A DNA stretch of 62,165 bases from a virus (lineage: Duplodnaviria > Caudoviricetes). This document shows, piece by piece, positions 45,035 through 53,719 of this stretch (within the stretch, counting starts at the first letter, position 1; every line of letters begins with the position of its first letter). The position numbers and the translations under genes were made by a program. The stretch lies in the IMG/VR virus record IMGVR_UViG_3300002307_000058, positions 1-62,165 of that record; one strand, 5' to 3'. The notes below the pieces were generated by a model. That model was not told the origin of the DNA. It ran no database searches and was given only the letters and a program-made list of their open reading frames with translations.

Positions 45035-47365
45035 TTACACAATCCAATCTTTGTAGCCGTCCGCCGTGATCGCCGTGGCCATGTTCATCTTGGCCCGGAG
45101 CGCGGAGATCATTTTCTCCTCAACCGTGTCCCGGACGATCAGGTCCACATAGGCCACCGGGTCGACCTTGCCGACCGCCTGCGGGCGCTCCTCGGACTGG
45201 AGGCGGTGCTCTAGGTCGGCGCTGTTGCTGTAATAGACCACGAGGCTGGAATTGGTCCACGTCCGCCCGCGCCCACCAGCGGCGGCGGTTGCGACCATGA
45301 ACCGGCACGAGGGAAGCTGAAGAAAGTTTTTTTCTTCAGCTTCCCTCGTCTTGGTATTCCCACCCCAGAACCGGGCCACGGACCCTTCGCCGTAACGCTT
45401 CTCAAGCGCCGCCGCGACCTTGGCGATGTCGTGACCGTAGGAGCACCAGATGATGGCCTTGCCGTCGAACTCCTCCAGCAGGTCGAGGAGCGCCGACGTC
45501 CGATTCTCCGCGATCTCGTGAAACGTGCCATCCTCGTCCATGGTGTGGCCGCACAGGATCTGGTGCAGGCGGATGATCTGGGCGATCACGATGCTTGCGG
45601 TGACGTGCTCCCCGGAAGCGAGTTGCGTAGTCGCAAACTGTTTCATCTCGGCGTAAAGCCGCTTCTGTTCCGGGGTCATCTCGACTTCCCGGAAGCTGTA
45701 ACTCTTGGGCGGCAAGTCGTAGCAGTCGGACAGCAGGACCCGGCTGCTATGGTCGAGGATCCGCCGGGACAGGTCGTCCAGATCGCGATAGCCCTTGACG
45801 ACCGGGACCGAGCGACCGCCGACAATCAGGTTGTGCATGATCGCGTAGCGCGCCCGGAACGAATAGTAGGACCGATGGCCGAGGATCCGCCAATCAAGGA
45901 ACTCGAACTGGCCGTAAAGATCCAACGGATCCTTGGGCGTGGGCAGGCCGGACAGAATCCGGCGATAGTTGGCCAAGGGCTTCAGCTTGCCGTTGATGAA
46001 CTTGGTCCGCTGTGACGAGGGATTCTTGATGATGGTGCAGTTGTGGACAAGGACGCCTCCAGCAAAAAAATGAGGAGTTCCGTCGAGTTCAAGGTTGAAG
46101 AAAGCTCTAGGGCTTTCGAATTCGACAATCTCACAATCTTCCACCCAAACTCCGCAATCTTCTGTTCTTTCTTCTGGGCAAGTGCTTTCGCCTTGAAGCT
46201 GTTGTGGCTGGATCCGTCGCACTCCACTGCCAGTTTCAAGTTTGGATTTCCAAGGTCCACTTTGTAGCAAGTGGGATAGCCGGGAAGCCTCTTCCCCAAC
46301 GCGATTGCAAATTCCGGGATCCATTCCGGGCCAAGAACCGCAAGCAAATTTGCTTGCGGTTTCGTAAGCGGCCTCCCATTCCCTCCGATAACGCTGAACC
46401 TGTGGTTCATGGCTTTGAGAGTTGCGCTCAATTTCGCAGCAGACTCCGGTCGCATAGGAATCCCTTTGTTCCAAGAAGGAGCTCCCAGTCGTTTCCCTTT
46501 TCGTCCCAAAGACATCTTTTTGGAGCGTTGATCCGTGTAAATTTTCTCCCGAATTTCGGGCTGTTGCATCCGCCATTTCGCTGAACAAGATGTGCTGCAA
46601 AATCTTCTGTTTCGCCTTGCTCGCGCCGAAAATTCGATTTCGCAAATCTGACATTTCACGGTCACAAACATATTTGCCCTTCAAGTTCGAAGCAGACACC
46701 CATCCTTCAGAAGTAAAAAATGGATGGTCTGGCGTCGTCTTGATGATTGTGCCATTAGATAGCTTCAAAAAGCAACTCTTAACGGAGGTGTTGACCAAAA
46801 TCCGCTTTATTTTTACGGGACCGAAAGAGCCGACGACCTTTTGTCCCGGCTCAAGAAGAAAAATAGGAACCGGTCCATCTGGCGTTAGAATCTCTGTGTC
46901 GGGAGAAAAACACTCGTCCACGGCCAGATAGTTTTTGTCCGCCGCCAGAAAGTCCAGCATGGCTGTCTGCGCCGCCTTGACGCTGGAGAGCGCCTCGACG
47001 TTCATGAGGAGCGCCACAGGAGGCCCGGCGGGGTCCTTGGCCGCGTCCATGAGCGCCTGAAAGCGCCGCATGTCCTTGGCCCCCATGCCGGACTGCCAGA
47101 CGGCGATCAGCAGGCGGCTTTTGAGGTCTGCTGACAGGTGCTCTTCCAGAGCGCCCTTCCACGTCTTGTAGACGCCGCCGGGCGCGATCAGGCCGAAGTT
47201 ACGAACCTTGCCCGCCAGTTCCAGACGCCCGTAGTCGTCAATCGTGGTCTTGGTCTTGCCCGTCCGCATCTGCATCAGGTAGGCAAACGCTTCGGCCCCG
47301 TCCGATTTGTCGAGGGCCTCCTGCTGGTGTGCGAACGGCTTGAACGCCGGGGTGTAGACGCTCAC
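45035..47365 (-). CDS. SNF2-family helicase containing an intein
   Basis: MRTGKT, DE/CT Walker B split by intein, LSGLP, GGRGRT, QSEER; GTGA-coupled start 47365. Confidence 0.9.
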   Translation of the reverse strand: MSVYTPAFKPFAHQQEALDKSDGAEAFAYLMQMRTGKTKTTIDDYGRLELAGKVRNFGLIAPGGVYKTWKGALEEHLSADLKSRLLIAVWQSGMGAKDMRRFQALMDAAKDPAGPPVALLMNVEALSSVKAAQTAMLDFLAADKNYLAVDECFSPDTEILTPDGPVPIFLLEPGQKVVGSFGPVKIKRILVNTSVKSCFLKLSNGTIIKTTPDHPFFTSEGWVSASNLKGKYVCDREMSDLRNRIFGASKAKQKILQHILFSEMADATARNSGENLHGSTLQKDVFGTKRETTGSSFLEQRDSYATGVCCEIERNSQSHEPQVQRYRREWEAAYETASKFACGSWPGMDPGICNRVGEEASRLSHLLQSGPWKSKLETGSGVRRIQPQQLQGESTCPEERTEDCGVWVEDCEIVEFESPRAFFNLELDGTPHFFAGGVLVHNCTIIKNPSSQRTKFINGKLKPLANYRRILSGLPTPKDPLDLYGQFEFLDWRILGHRSYYSFRARYAIMHNLIVGGRSVPVVKGYRDLDDLSRRILDHSSRVLLSDCYDLPPKSYSFREVEMTPEQKRLYAEMKQFATTQLASGEHVTASIVIAQIIRLHQILCGHTMDEDGTFHEIAENRTSALLDLLEEFDGKAIIWCSYGHDIAKVAAALEKRYGEGSVARFWGGNTKTREAEEKNFLQLPSCRFMVATAAAGGRGRTWTNSSLVVYYSNSADLEHRLQSEERPQAVGKVDPVAYVDLIVRDTVEEKMISALRAKMNMATAITADGYKDWIV
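45982..46671 (-). CDS. Zn-finger/NUMOD/DUF559-Vsr-like endonuclease overprinted in +1 frame of the helicase intein
   Basis: CQIC..EF....NRRFCS..C, PSWNKG, YKVDLG....KLAVECDGSSH...K......GWKIVR; GAAGGG RBS. Confidence 0.8.
   Translation of the reverse strand: MFVTVKCQICEIEFSARARRNRRFCSTSCSAKWRMQQPEIREKIYTDQRSKKMSLGRKGKRLGAPSWNKGIPMRPESAAKLSATLKAMNHRFSVIGGNGRPLTKPQANLLAVLGPEWIPEFAIALGKRLPGYPTCYKVDLGNPNLKLAVECDGSSHNSFKAKALAQKKEQKIAEFGWKIVRLSNSKALELSSTLNSTELLIFLLEASLSTTAPSSRIPRHSGPSSSTAS
46040..46912 (-). mobile_element. Intein (291 aa) in helicase Walker B
   Basis: CFSPDTEILT, TTPDHPFFT..GW, FNLEL....HFFAGGVLVHN/C; low GC. Confidence 0.93.
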
Positions 47366-47616
47366 GGCTTGGGGACCAGCCAGACTTCCATGGGATGCGG
47401 GCCGCGCAGTTCGGTCCGCATGAGCCGCTGGCCATGGCCCATGGCCTCCAGCTTGCGGGACAGGGACTTCAGCCGACCGACCAGAATGGGTTTGGCGTTG
47501 AACGGCTGGTCGTCGCCGTAGATCTTGGGCAGCAGGTCGCGGGAAGAGATCTTGGATCCATCCGTTGGGATGACATCCAGAAGCTCCTGTTCCTTGGGCG
47601 AAAGCTGAATGGCCAT
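47362..47616 (-). CDS. Small winged-helix-like protein
   Basis: GAGGA RBS; LSPKEQELL start. Confidence 0.6.
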   Translation of the reverse strand: MAIQLSPKEQELLDVIPTDGSKISSRDLLPKIYGDDQPFNAKPILVGRLKSLSRKLEAMGHGQRLMRTELRGPHPMEVWLVPKP

Positions 47617-47655
47617 TTGGATTCCTCGTAAAAGAACAACAATAACAAAGAAACG

Positions 47656-48075
47656 TCAGGAGAGCAACAGAGCCCGGATTTCGGACCAGTTCCACTTGAC
47701 GGGCGGTCCGGGCCAGTAGCCGAGGCGATTCTGGCTTCGGAGGCCATGGACCAGAAGGTTCCGGGCCTCCGAGCCCGGATAGAGCCACAGCGCGTCGCTT
47801 GCAGGCCCCTTGCGCGGTCCGGCGGTGGTCTGGTGGCGGACGGCGACGAAGACCCGCCCGCCGTGCCGCAGGCGGGATTCAATCCATCCGACCTGCGGGC
47901 CGGACAAACCCACGGCCATGGTCGATGTCTTTTTAAACTCGACCCAGCCTTCGACGCCGTCCCCGGCGAAGTTAGAGTCCGGGATCCCCAAGCCGGTCCC
48001 GCCGGTCTCGACGGCTTGCCAGTGCAGGCCCTTGAGGTTCTTGTGGAACAGGACGCGCAGCCCGCCGTCGATCAC
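47656..48075 (-). CDS. PD-(D/E)xK nuclease, VRR-NUC/Holliday resolvase-like
   Basis: GIPD....WVEFK...LSGPQVGW. Confidence 0.8.
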   Translation of the reverse strand: MIDGGLRVLFHKNLKGLHWQAVETGGTGLGIPDSNFAGDGVEGWVEFKKTSTMAVGLSGPQVGWIESRLRHGGRVFVAVRHQTTAGPRKGPASDALWLYPGSEARNLLVHGLRSQNRLGYWPGPPVKWNWSEIRALLLS

Positions 48076-50129
48076 TTGTAGTCCCCCAGATATCGGATCG
48101 CCTCGACCTTGATCATGCGGAAACCCTCGGGGCAGGTCCCCTTGATCGCAAACAGACTCTTGCCAGCCTTGGCCACTTCGAGGACCTTGGGCGAAAGCCG
48201 TTCAAAGGCGTAGCGGTCGATCTTGGCGAAGACCTCGTCCGTGTCATCGACGAGAAACAGGTTCAGGCTCTTGTCCGGGCCAAACACCGGCTTGCCCTTG
48301 CGCTTTTCCAGTTCAGCCGGGGTGTTCTCGTTTTTGATGTTCATCCGCTTCAAGAGGCCAATAAACACGAACGCGCCCCGGATCCCCGGCTGGATCTGGA
48401 TCCCCGGCGTCGGGTCCGAGATGATGTTGATCGCCCGCAGGTCCGGATGGAGCCGGGAGACCGCGTCCCGAATCGGGTCGAGGGTGTCGATTTCGGTCGT
48501 GGCGCGGGCCAGTTGCTTCTGGAGGCCGGGGCTCAACTCTCCGCCCTCGCGCCGCTCCTTCAGGATCTGCGACACCTTGGCCGGGCCAATGCCCTTGATG
48601 GCGGTCAGGGGGCCGACGAGAGATCCGTCCGTGGCGATCTCCCAGCGCGCCGTCGAGACATGCGGGAGGAAGGGGGCATAAGAGACCCCCTCCTCCCTCA
48701 GTTCCCGGAGCAACAGGATCTGCTTCGAGGCGTCGTTTTCGGCGTCAAGGGTGGCGGCGGCGAAAGCCAAAGGATGGTAGGCCTTGAACCAACAACACCA
48801 GTAGCTGATGATGGCGTAAGCGACCGCGTGGCTCTTGTTGAACGCATAGCCGCCCATGGTCTTGATCTGGTTCCAGACGCGCGCGGCCTCTTCAGGATGA
48901 AGCCCCGAAGAAGCCGCACCCTGAGCGAAGTCCTTGGAGAATTTCTCCAAGGCCTCCGCCCCCTGACTCTTGCCCATGATCTTGCGAACTGCGCTGGTGT
49001 CCTCCCACGAAAACCCGCCGACCTCCCGGACCATCTGCATGACGGTCTCCTGATAGGCGATCAGGCCGTAGGTCCCCGCCGTGATCCGGTCCACCGCCGG
49101 GTGGATCTCCTCGACCCGCTCCTTGCCGTTATGACGGCGCACCCATTGCTCCGCCACGCCGGAGGCCATAGGGCCGGGCCGGGCGAGCGCGGTCAGGGCG
49201 ACAACATCTTCGATCCGCGAGAAGTGGACCTGCGACGCCAGACGCCGCAAGGCTGCGCCCGCGAACTGGAACACGCCGGAGAACTTCTTGGCGTTGAGAA
49301 CGTCGAACACCTTGGGGTCGTCCAGAGGCAAAGCCTCCAGAAACGCCGACCTCGGCTCAACGCCGATCAGTTCCATGGCGCGCTCGAATATGGAAAGCTG
49401 GGTCAGGCCGAGGGCGTCAATCTTGAGCAGATTGAGACTCTCGGCGTCCTTCTTGTCGCACCACGCGGCCTTGGTCCGTGTGCTGACGGCCACGTATTCC
49501 GAGATCGGATCCTGCGTCAGCAGGAGTCCGGCTGCGTGCTGGCTGGCCACGTTCGGGTGGCCCTCGATCCGGGCGGCGACGGCCATGTTGGGGAACCGCT
49601 CAATGAACTTCTTCCCCGGCCCGGTGTCGGCGAACGTGTCCTCCAGACACTTGAGTGCGCGGGCATCGCCTGCGTCGCGCTCTATAGCCACGTCGGCCAG
49701 CTTTTCCGTCTCCCACGACGGCACGCCAAGGACCGCGCCCGCTTGCTTCAGGGCGGACCGCGTCTTGAGCATTCCGACCGTTCCCAACCGGGCGACGTGG
49801 TCGGAGCCGTATTTCTGCTCGGCGTAGGCAAAGACCAGATCCCGCTTGGCGTCGGAAAAATCCACGTCGATGTCGGGCAGGTCAGTGTCCATCCAGACGG
49901 GCGGCTTTGACGTCGGCTTTTCGTTCGTGATTCCCAGCACATAACCCAACGCAGAATTGTTGGGGTTAGGGAAAACTCGACCCGCAAAAGCATGTTCCAA
50001 AAACGTCTTGGAAACACTTTCCGACGAAAGAGCGGCAAAAAGTTCGGGCTTGAAATGGTCTTCTCCGACTTCCTTGATTTTTGCAGAATCAAACGAAAAG
50101 GCCCTCAAACGTTCAGAATAGGATTCCAT
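48072..50129 (-). CDS. dnaE: DNA polymerase III alpha-like, C-terminal fragment (palm/thumb/fingers/OB)
   Basis: PDIDVDF, HAAG, KIDALGL, GVFQF, YQE, YAFNKSHAVAY, IKGIG. Confidence 0.92.
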   Translation of the reverse strand: MESYSERLRAFSFDSAKIKEVGEDHFKPELFAALSSESVSKTFLEHAFAGRVFPNPNNSALGYVLGITNEKPTSKPPVWMDTDLPDIDVDFSDAKRDLVFAYAEQKYGSDHVARLGTVGMLKTRSALKQAGAVLGVPSWETEKLADVAIERDAGDARALKCLEDTFADTGPGKKFIERFPNMAVAARIEGHPNVASQHAAGLLLTQDPISEYVAVSTRTKAAWCDKKDAESLNLLKIDALGLTQLSIFERAMELIGVEPRSAFLEALPLDDPKVFDVLNAKKFSGVFQFAGAALRRLASQVHFSRIEDVVALTALARPGPMASGVAEQWVRRHNGKERVEEIHPAVDRITAGTYGLIAYQETVMQMVREVGGFSWEDTSAVRKIMGKSQGAEALEKFSKDFAQGAASSGLHPEEAARVWNQIKTMGGYAFNKSHAVAYAIISYWCCWFKAYHPLAFAAATLDAENDASKQILLLRELREEGVSYAPFLPHVSTARWEIATDGSLVGPLTAIKGIGPAKVSQILKERREGGELSPGLQKQLARATTEIDTLDPIRDAVSRLHPDLRAINIISDPTPGIQIQPGIRGAFVFIGLLKRMNIKNENTPAELEKRKGKPVFGPDKSLNLFLVDDTDEVFAKIDRYAFERLSPKVLEVAKAGKSLFAIKGTCPEGFRMIKVEAIRYLGDYK

Positions 50130-50959
50130 AGCTCTTTCCCTATGACGATGATTTTCTCCTCGGGGAACTCCGTCCGAAAAAGTTCAAATTTTTCTTTTGC
50201 TTGGGGATACCAATAGCCTTTGATCTCAATCAGCAGGTTCAGTTCTGGAAGAAAGAAATCCGGCAAATATCTTTTTCAATTAGACAGCTTGAATTTTCTC
50301 TTTTCATAAGTCCAAGCGATTCCTTTCTCGTCTAGGGCCTTGGCAAACGCCAGTTCCCAAGAGGAACGCATCAAGATTCCGTTGTGAAACCCTCCGATTC
50401 CTCTTCCGTGTCTGATCGGCTTTCTGTCGTCAAAAGCACCCTTTCGCCACGTCTCCTTGAGCTTGTCGTTTCCAAAGTTCGGGTTGTTGGTCCCGGACCA
50501 GCGCCCATCGGAATAGAGCCTCTTCATGTGAATTGCGGCGCAAGGACGCCCGCAAAACCTCCTGTTCTTTTTCTTTGGGGCCTTGAACTCCGCCCCGCAC
50601 CCCTCACAAATGTTCACATGGGCTAGTCCTGTGTTCCAAGAAGGACGTCCTCTCATTTTTGAGGCGTGGGCTTCAATCGATTCTAAAGAACGCGTCTTTC
50701 CTTTCCAATAGGGGGCTATTTCCCCCAAAGAATGACGCAGCTTCATTCTCTCTGATTGAGACTTGGTTTTTTCTGAATTCGCGTTTGCTCGAATTCTTCC
50801 ATCGAACTTTACGCCGGTCCTTGCCAATGCTCTTTGGACCGACATTTGGGAAACCCCCAAAAACTCAGAAACTGCCCTTTGCGAGCCGTGCTTTTTCATC
50901 AGGTCGAAAAGTTCCTCCTTAGAGAGTTTCACTTTGATCGGGTGCCGGAAACGGGCCAT
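50105..50959 (-). pseudogene. HTH/NUMOD/Zn-finger PD-(D/E)xK homing endonuclease with one in-frame TGA (50276-50278)
   Basis: RSSWE....LD..GI.W.YE then, after TGA in the same frame, KRYLPDFFLPELNLLIEIKGYW; AAGGA RBS before ATG 50959; low GC. Confidence 0.8.
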
Positions 50960-52025
50960 AATCTTTAAATTCCTTGTTGTATCTGTATCCTCCTCGATTG
51001 ATATCAATAAATCGTTCAAAAATCAAACCGTAGGGGACGGGGTCGACCGCCGTGATCCCGAGGAGGTAGCAGACCAGAGATCCGCAGGAGGATCCGCGCG
51101 CCGGGCCGACGACCATGACGGTCTTGGCGTAGGCGATCAGGTCGGCCAGAATGTAGAAATAGTCCTCGAACTCCTTCTCGTGGATTACTTCCAGTTCGCG
51201 AGCAAGGCGCTGGGCGTAGATCTCTGAACTGAGGTCTACGCCCAGCTTCTCCGCGCCCGCCCGGCACAGATCCAGAAGGCTGGTCGTCTTGTCTACGTTC
51301 GGAAGCCGCGCCTGCTGCATCTGGACGACGCAACGGTCCATGACCCGGTCGCGGTTGTGGAAAGCCTCGGAGACCGTGCCCTCTGAAAGAGACAGGGTCT
51401 CCGAAAGCCAAAGCCGAAGCTCTTCATCGTCCACGATGTGGCGCGGGTAGGTCTGGGTTCCTGACCGAAACGATCCCAGTGTTACACGATAGAACTCCAG
51501 ATCGTCCGGGGACGGGTAGTAGTTGTCCCCGGTAGCGAGAAGGGGGACCTTTCTTTTTATGGCTCTGCGGGCCTGTCCGACCGAGGTTGACGGAGAGAGA
51601 CCCAGATACACATGATTGGGGATAGCCCCCTCCGGAAGCATGTCTAGCTGCGCTCTTTCTGCCATGATCGCCACGACGCCCTTGGCGTTCCAGACGTTGG
51701 CGTAGGTGAGCATGGGCTCCCGCTCATTGGCGTCGGTGGCGTCGCGGATCAGGTCGTGGAGGTCCGACAGGCGGTCGGTGGCGAAAAACGTCCAGTAGTC
51801 GACCGGGGGCTTCTTGTCCCCAAGGCGCGGGACGACGGCCAGTTCAACGCCGAAAATAGGCCGCAAGCCTCGCTTGGCGCAAGCCTTGGTCCAGCGGGTG
51901 AAACCGAACGTGGACACCCGGTCAGAGATCGGGGCCACTCCCCAGCCCAGAGCCTCGACCCGGTCGAGGACGTCGTCGAGGTGGCCAACTGCGGCGTGAA
52001 AACTGTAGCCTGTCCGGATTCGCAC
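50919..52025 (-). CDS. dnaE: DNA polymerase III alpha-like, N-terminal fragment (PHP domain to FERF motif)
   Basis: RTGYSF, PIFGVEL, GPARGSSCGSLVCYLLGIT.VDP..YGLIFERF. Confidence 0.92.
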   Translation of the reverse strand: MRIRTGYSFHAAVGHLDDVLDRVEALGWGVAPISDRVSTFGFTRWTKACAKRGLRPIFGVELAVVPRLGDKKPPVDYWTFFATDRLSDLHDLIRDATDANEREPMLTYANVWNAKGVVAIMAERAQLDMLPEGAIPNHVYLGLSPSTSVGQARRAIKRKVPLLATGDNYYPSPDDLEFYRVTLGSFRSGTQTYPRHIVDDEELRLWLSETLSLSEGTVSEAFHNRDRVMDRCVVQMQQARLPNVDKTTSLLDLCRAGAEKLGVDLSSEIYAQRLARELEVIHEKEFEDYFYILADLIAYAKTVMVVGPARGSSCGSLVCYLLGITAVDPVPYGLIFERFIDINRGGYRYNKEFKDYGPFPAPDQSETL

Positions 52026-52561
52026 TAGATCTCACCTCGCTTGAACAGTTCGACCATGCAGCGAGTCAGAGCCGCCACGTCGTTGCGGGCGCGGTGCGCC
52101 TCTGGGAGGGTCTCCTCAAACAGGAGTTCGTAGAGCCCTTGGAGCTTCAGGCGGTAGCCCAGCAAATGGACCGTGGCCTCTGCGGAGCAGATCTTGCGCT
52201 TGGGCCATGTGACCGTTTGGCCTAGGCGCTCAAACTCGAAGTCGACCATGTCCATGTCGAAGGTCAGGTTGTGGGCGCAAACGGCGGGGGCGGACTCGAT
52301 AAAAGTTTGTATTGAGGACGAGACCGCAGAAAACGGCGACGCGTCCTCAAGCATGTCGTTGTCGATCTTCGTGATCTTCGTGATCTCGGCGGAGATCGGT
52401 TCAGAGGGCTTGATCAAAAGATCAAGTTCCCTGAACACCTCTCCAGTCGCAAGATCCACCACGCACCCGTAGAACTCAATGATGGACGGTTGCTTCTTCA
52501 GGGGGACGAGCCGGGTCTGGACCAGACCACTTGTCTCCGTGTCAAAAATTAGTAAACGCAT
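52025..52561 (-). CDS. DEDDh 3'-5' exonuclease (epsilon-like)
   Basis: FDTETSG, AHNLTFD, AHRARND. Confidence 0.9.
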   Translation of the reverse strand: MRLLIFDTETSGLVQTRLVPLKKQPSIIEFYGCVVDLATGEVFRELDLLIKPSEPISAEITKITKIDNDMLEDASPFSAVSSSIQTFIESAPAVCAHNLTFDMDMVDFEFERLGQTVTWPKRKICSAEATVHLLGYRLKLQGLYELLFEETLPEAHRARNDVAALTRCMVELFKRGEI

Positions 52562-52725
52562 CAGACATTGGCCCCGAAGTCTTCGTCCTCGATCATCTCT
52601 TCGGCTTTCTCCCAGAGATCCAGCCATTCGGCGATGGTCACGGTCTGGGGGCGTTGCAGGACCCCATGGAACAGGGACACCTGATCCGTAGAGACCTCGA
52701 CATTGGCCAAGGGCTTCAGGTTCAT
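52561..52725 (-). CDS. 54-aa hypothetical protein (not in ORF track)
   Basis: MNLKPLANV...; TGATG-coupled on both sides. Confidence 0.6.
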   Translation of the reverse strand: MNLKPLANVEVSTDQVSLFHGVLQRPQTVTIAEWLDLWEKAEEMIEDEDFGANV

Positions 52726-53156
52726 CACGACCTCGCAAAGACTTGAAGGGCGGTGACGCCCAGCGACTGGAATGCGGCGACGACGTCCTCCCGGTCGTCC
52801 ACGACCAGCAGGATCTGATCCTTGATCTCGCCACCGGCAAGCTCGGCGGCAAGGGCCAGCTTAAGGTCAACGGCGGACCGGAAGTCGTCGTCCGGGCGCA
52901 TCAGGACGCCCTCCAGCGGAATGTCGTTCTCCACCAGCCACCGCAGGGTCATGCCCCTGAACTTCTCGGGCCGGGCGGTGAAGCCGACGACGCGGACGTC
53001 GAGCGCGGCGAGCGCCCGAACCATTTTGATCACGGCCTTGACCGGCGCGTCGTCCTTGGCGGCGGCATGATAGTCGTCCCAGCTTTGGACGCCAATCATT
53101 TCGTCGCGCCAGAAGGCGTCACTTAGGGTGTGGTCGATGTCGAACAGGGCGATCAT
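52725..53156 (-). CDS. HAD phosphatase (PNKP 3'-phosphatase-like)
   Basis: FDIDHTL, TARPE, LMRP..D.R, DDR. Confidence 0.85.
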   Translation of the reverse strand: MIALFDIDHTLSDAFWRDEMIGVQSWDDYHAAAKDDAPVKAVIKMVRALAALDVRVVGFTARPEKFRGMTLRWLVENDIPLEGVLMRPDDDFRSAVDLKLALAAELAGGEIKDQILLVVDDREDVVAAFQSLGVTALQVFARS

Positions 53157-53653
53157 GCGGTCCTCTTTTCGGGGATGGTGCCGCGCCGATGATGCGCCGG
53201 GCAATAGGGGCCGTCCGCCGCCGGGGCGCAGCAGAACAGATAGGGAGGCCGGTCGCCCAGAGGGTAGGCGCATTGGTGCGGCCCGCGAAGCTCCAGCGGT
53301 CGACCCACGATATAGTCGCGACCGTCCCGGACAAGGGGTGAAGTGTTGTCGGCCACGAGGTGGATCTCCGGCTTGGGCGTCGAAGGGTTGAAGCTGGATC
53401 TGACTACGGGATGCGGCTTGGGGACCTTCAGCCTTGGCGGCGGCGGGACCTGCTTGGGCTTGCCGAGTTTGTCCGGCCTGCGGCCAGAATAAGCCCACCC
53501 CATGCGGTGGATCTTGGAACAGACGGAGTTCTTGGTCGTCCCGAACTTGCGGGCGATCTGAAGGGTCGAGAACTCCTGCGACTGGAACAGCGCCTTTAGT
53601 TCCTCGGTGCGCTCTTCGGTCCAGCGGAAGCTATGGGGGAGGTCGGTGTTCAT
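53153..53653 (-). CDS. gcrA: GcrA cell-cycle regulator homologue
   Basis: WTEER...LK.L......QIA...G.TKNSV..KIHRMG and C.YPLGD....FC......PYC..H. Confidence 0.88.
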   Translation of the reverse strand: MNTDLPHSFRWTEERTEELKALFQSQEFSTLQIARKFGTTKNSVCSKIHRMGWAYSGRRPDKLGKPKQVPPPPRLKVPKPHPVVRSSFNPSTPKPEIHLVADNTSPLVRDGRDYIVGRPLELRGPHQCAYPLGDRPPYLFCCAPAADGPYCPAHHRRGTIPEKRTA

Positions 53654-53675
53654 TTGGGTGGTCCTGCATTAAAGG

Positions 53676-53712
53676 GGTGGATGGAGGAGCAAGTTTTGCT
53701 CCTCCATCCACC
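53676..53712 (-). terminator. 17-bp stem hairpin/terminator
   Basis: GGTGGATGGAGGAGCAA-GTT-TTGCTCCTCCATCCACC. Confidence 0.65.
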
Positions 53713-53719
53713 TTCACGC

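Noticed and set aside
47366-47788. 141-aa N-terminal extension of the helicase in the ORF track
   Set aside because: Overlaps two better-supported genes; the GTGA-coupled start at 47365 fits better
49890-50110. Group I intron core
   Set aside because: I could not identify conserved P7/P9 elements by eye and the region is an open frame with a DnaE-like helix; kept only as an alternative pending Infernal and RT-PCR
50276-50278. Genome-wide TGA recoding
   Set aside because: TGA is the normal stop of many coupled genes; only one interrupted gene was found
49900-50990. Split (trans-splicing) intein in dnaE as in cyanobacteria
   Set aside because: No Cys-initiated block A after FERF and no HN/C block G before PDID
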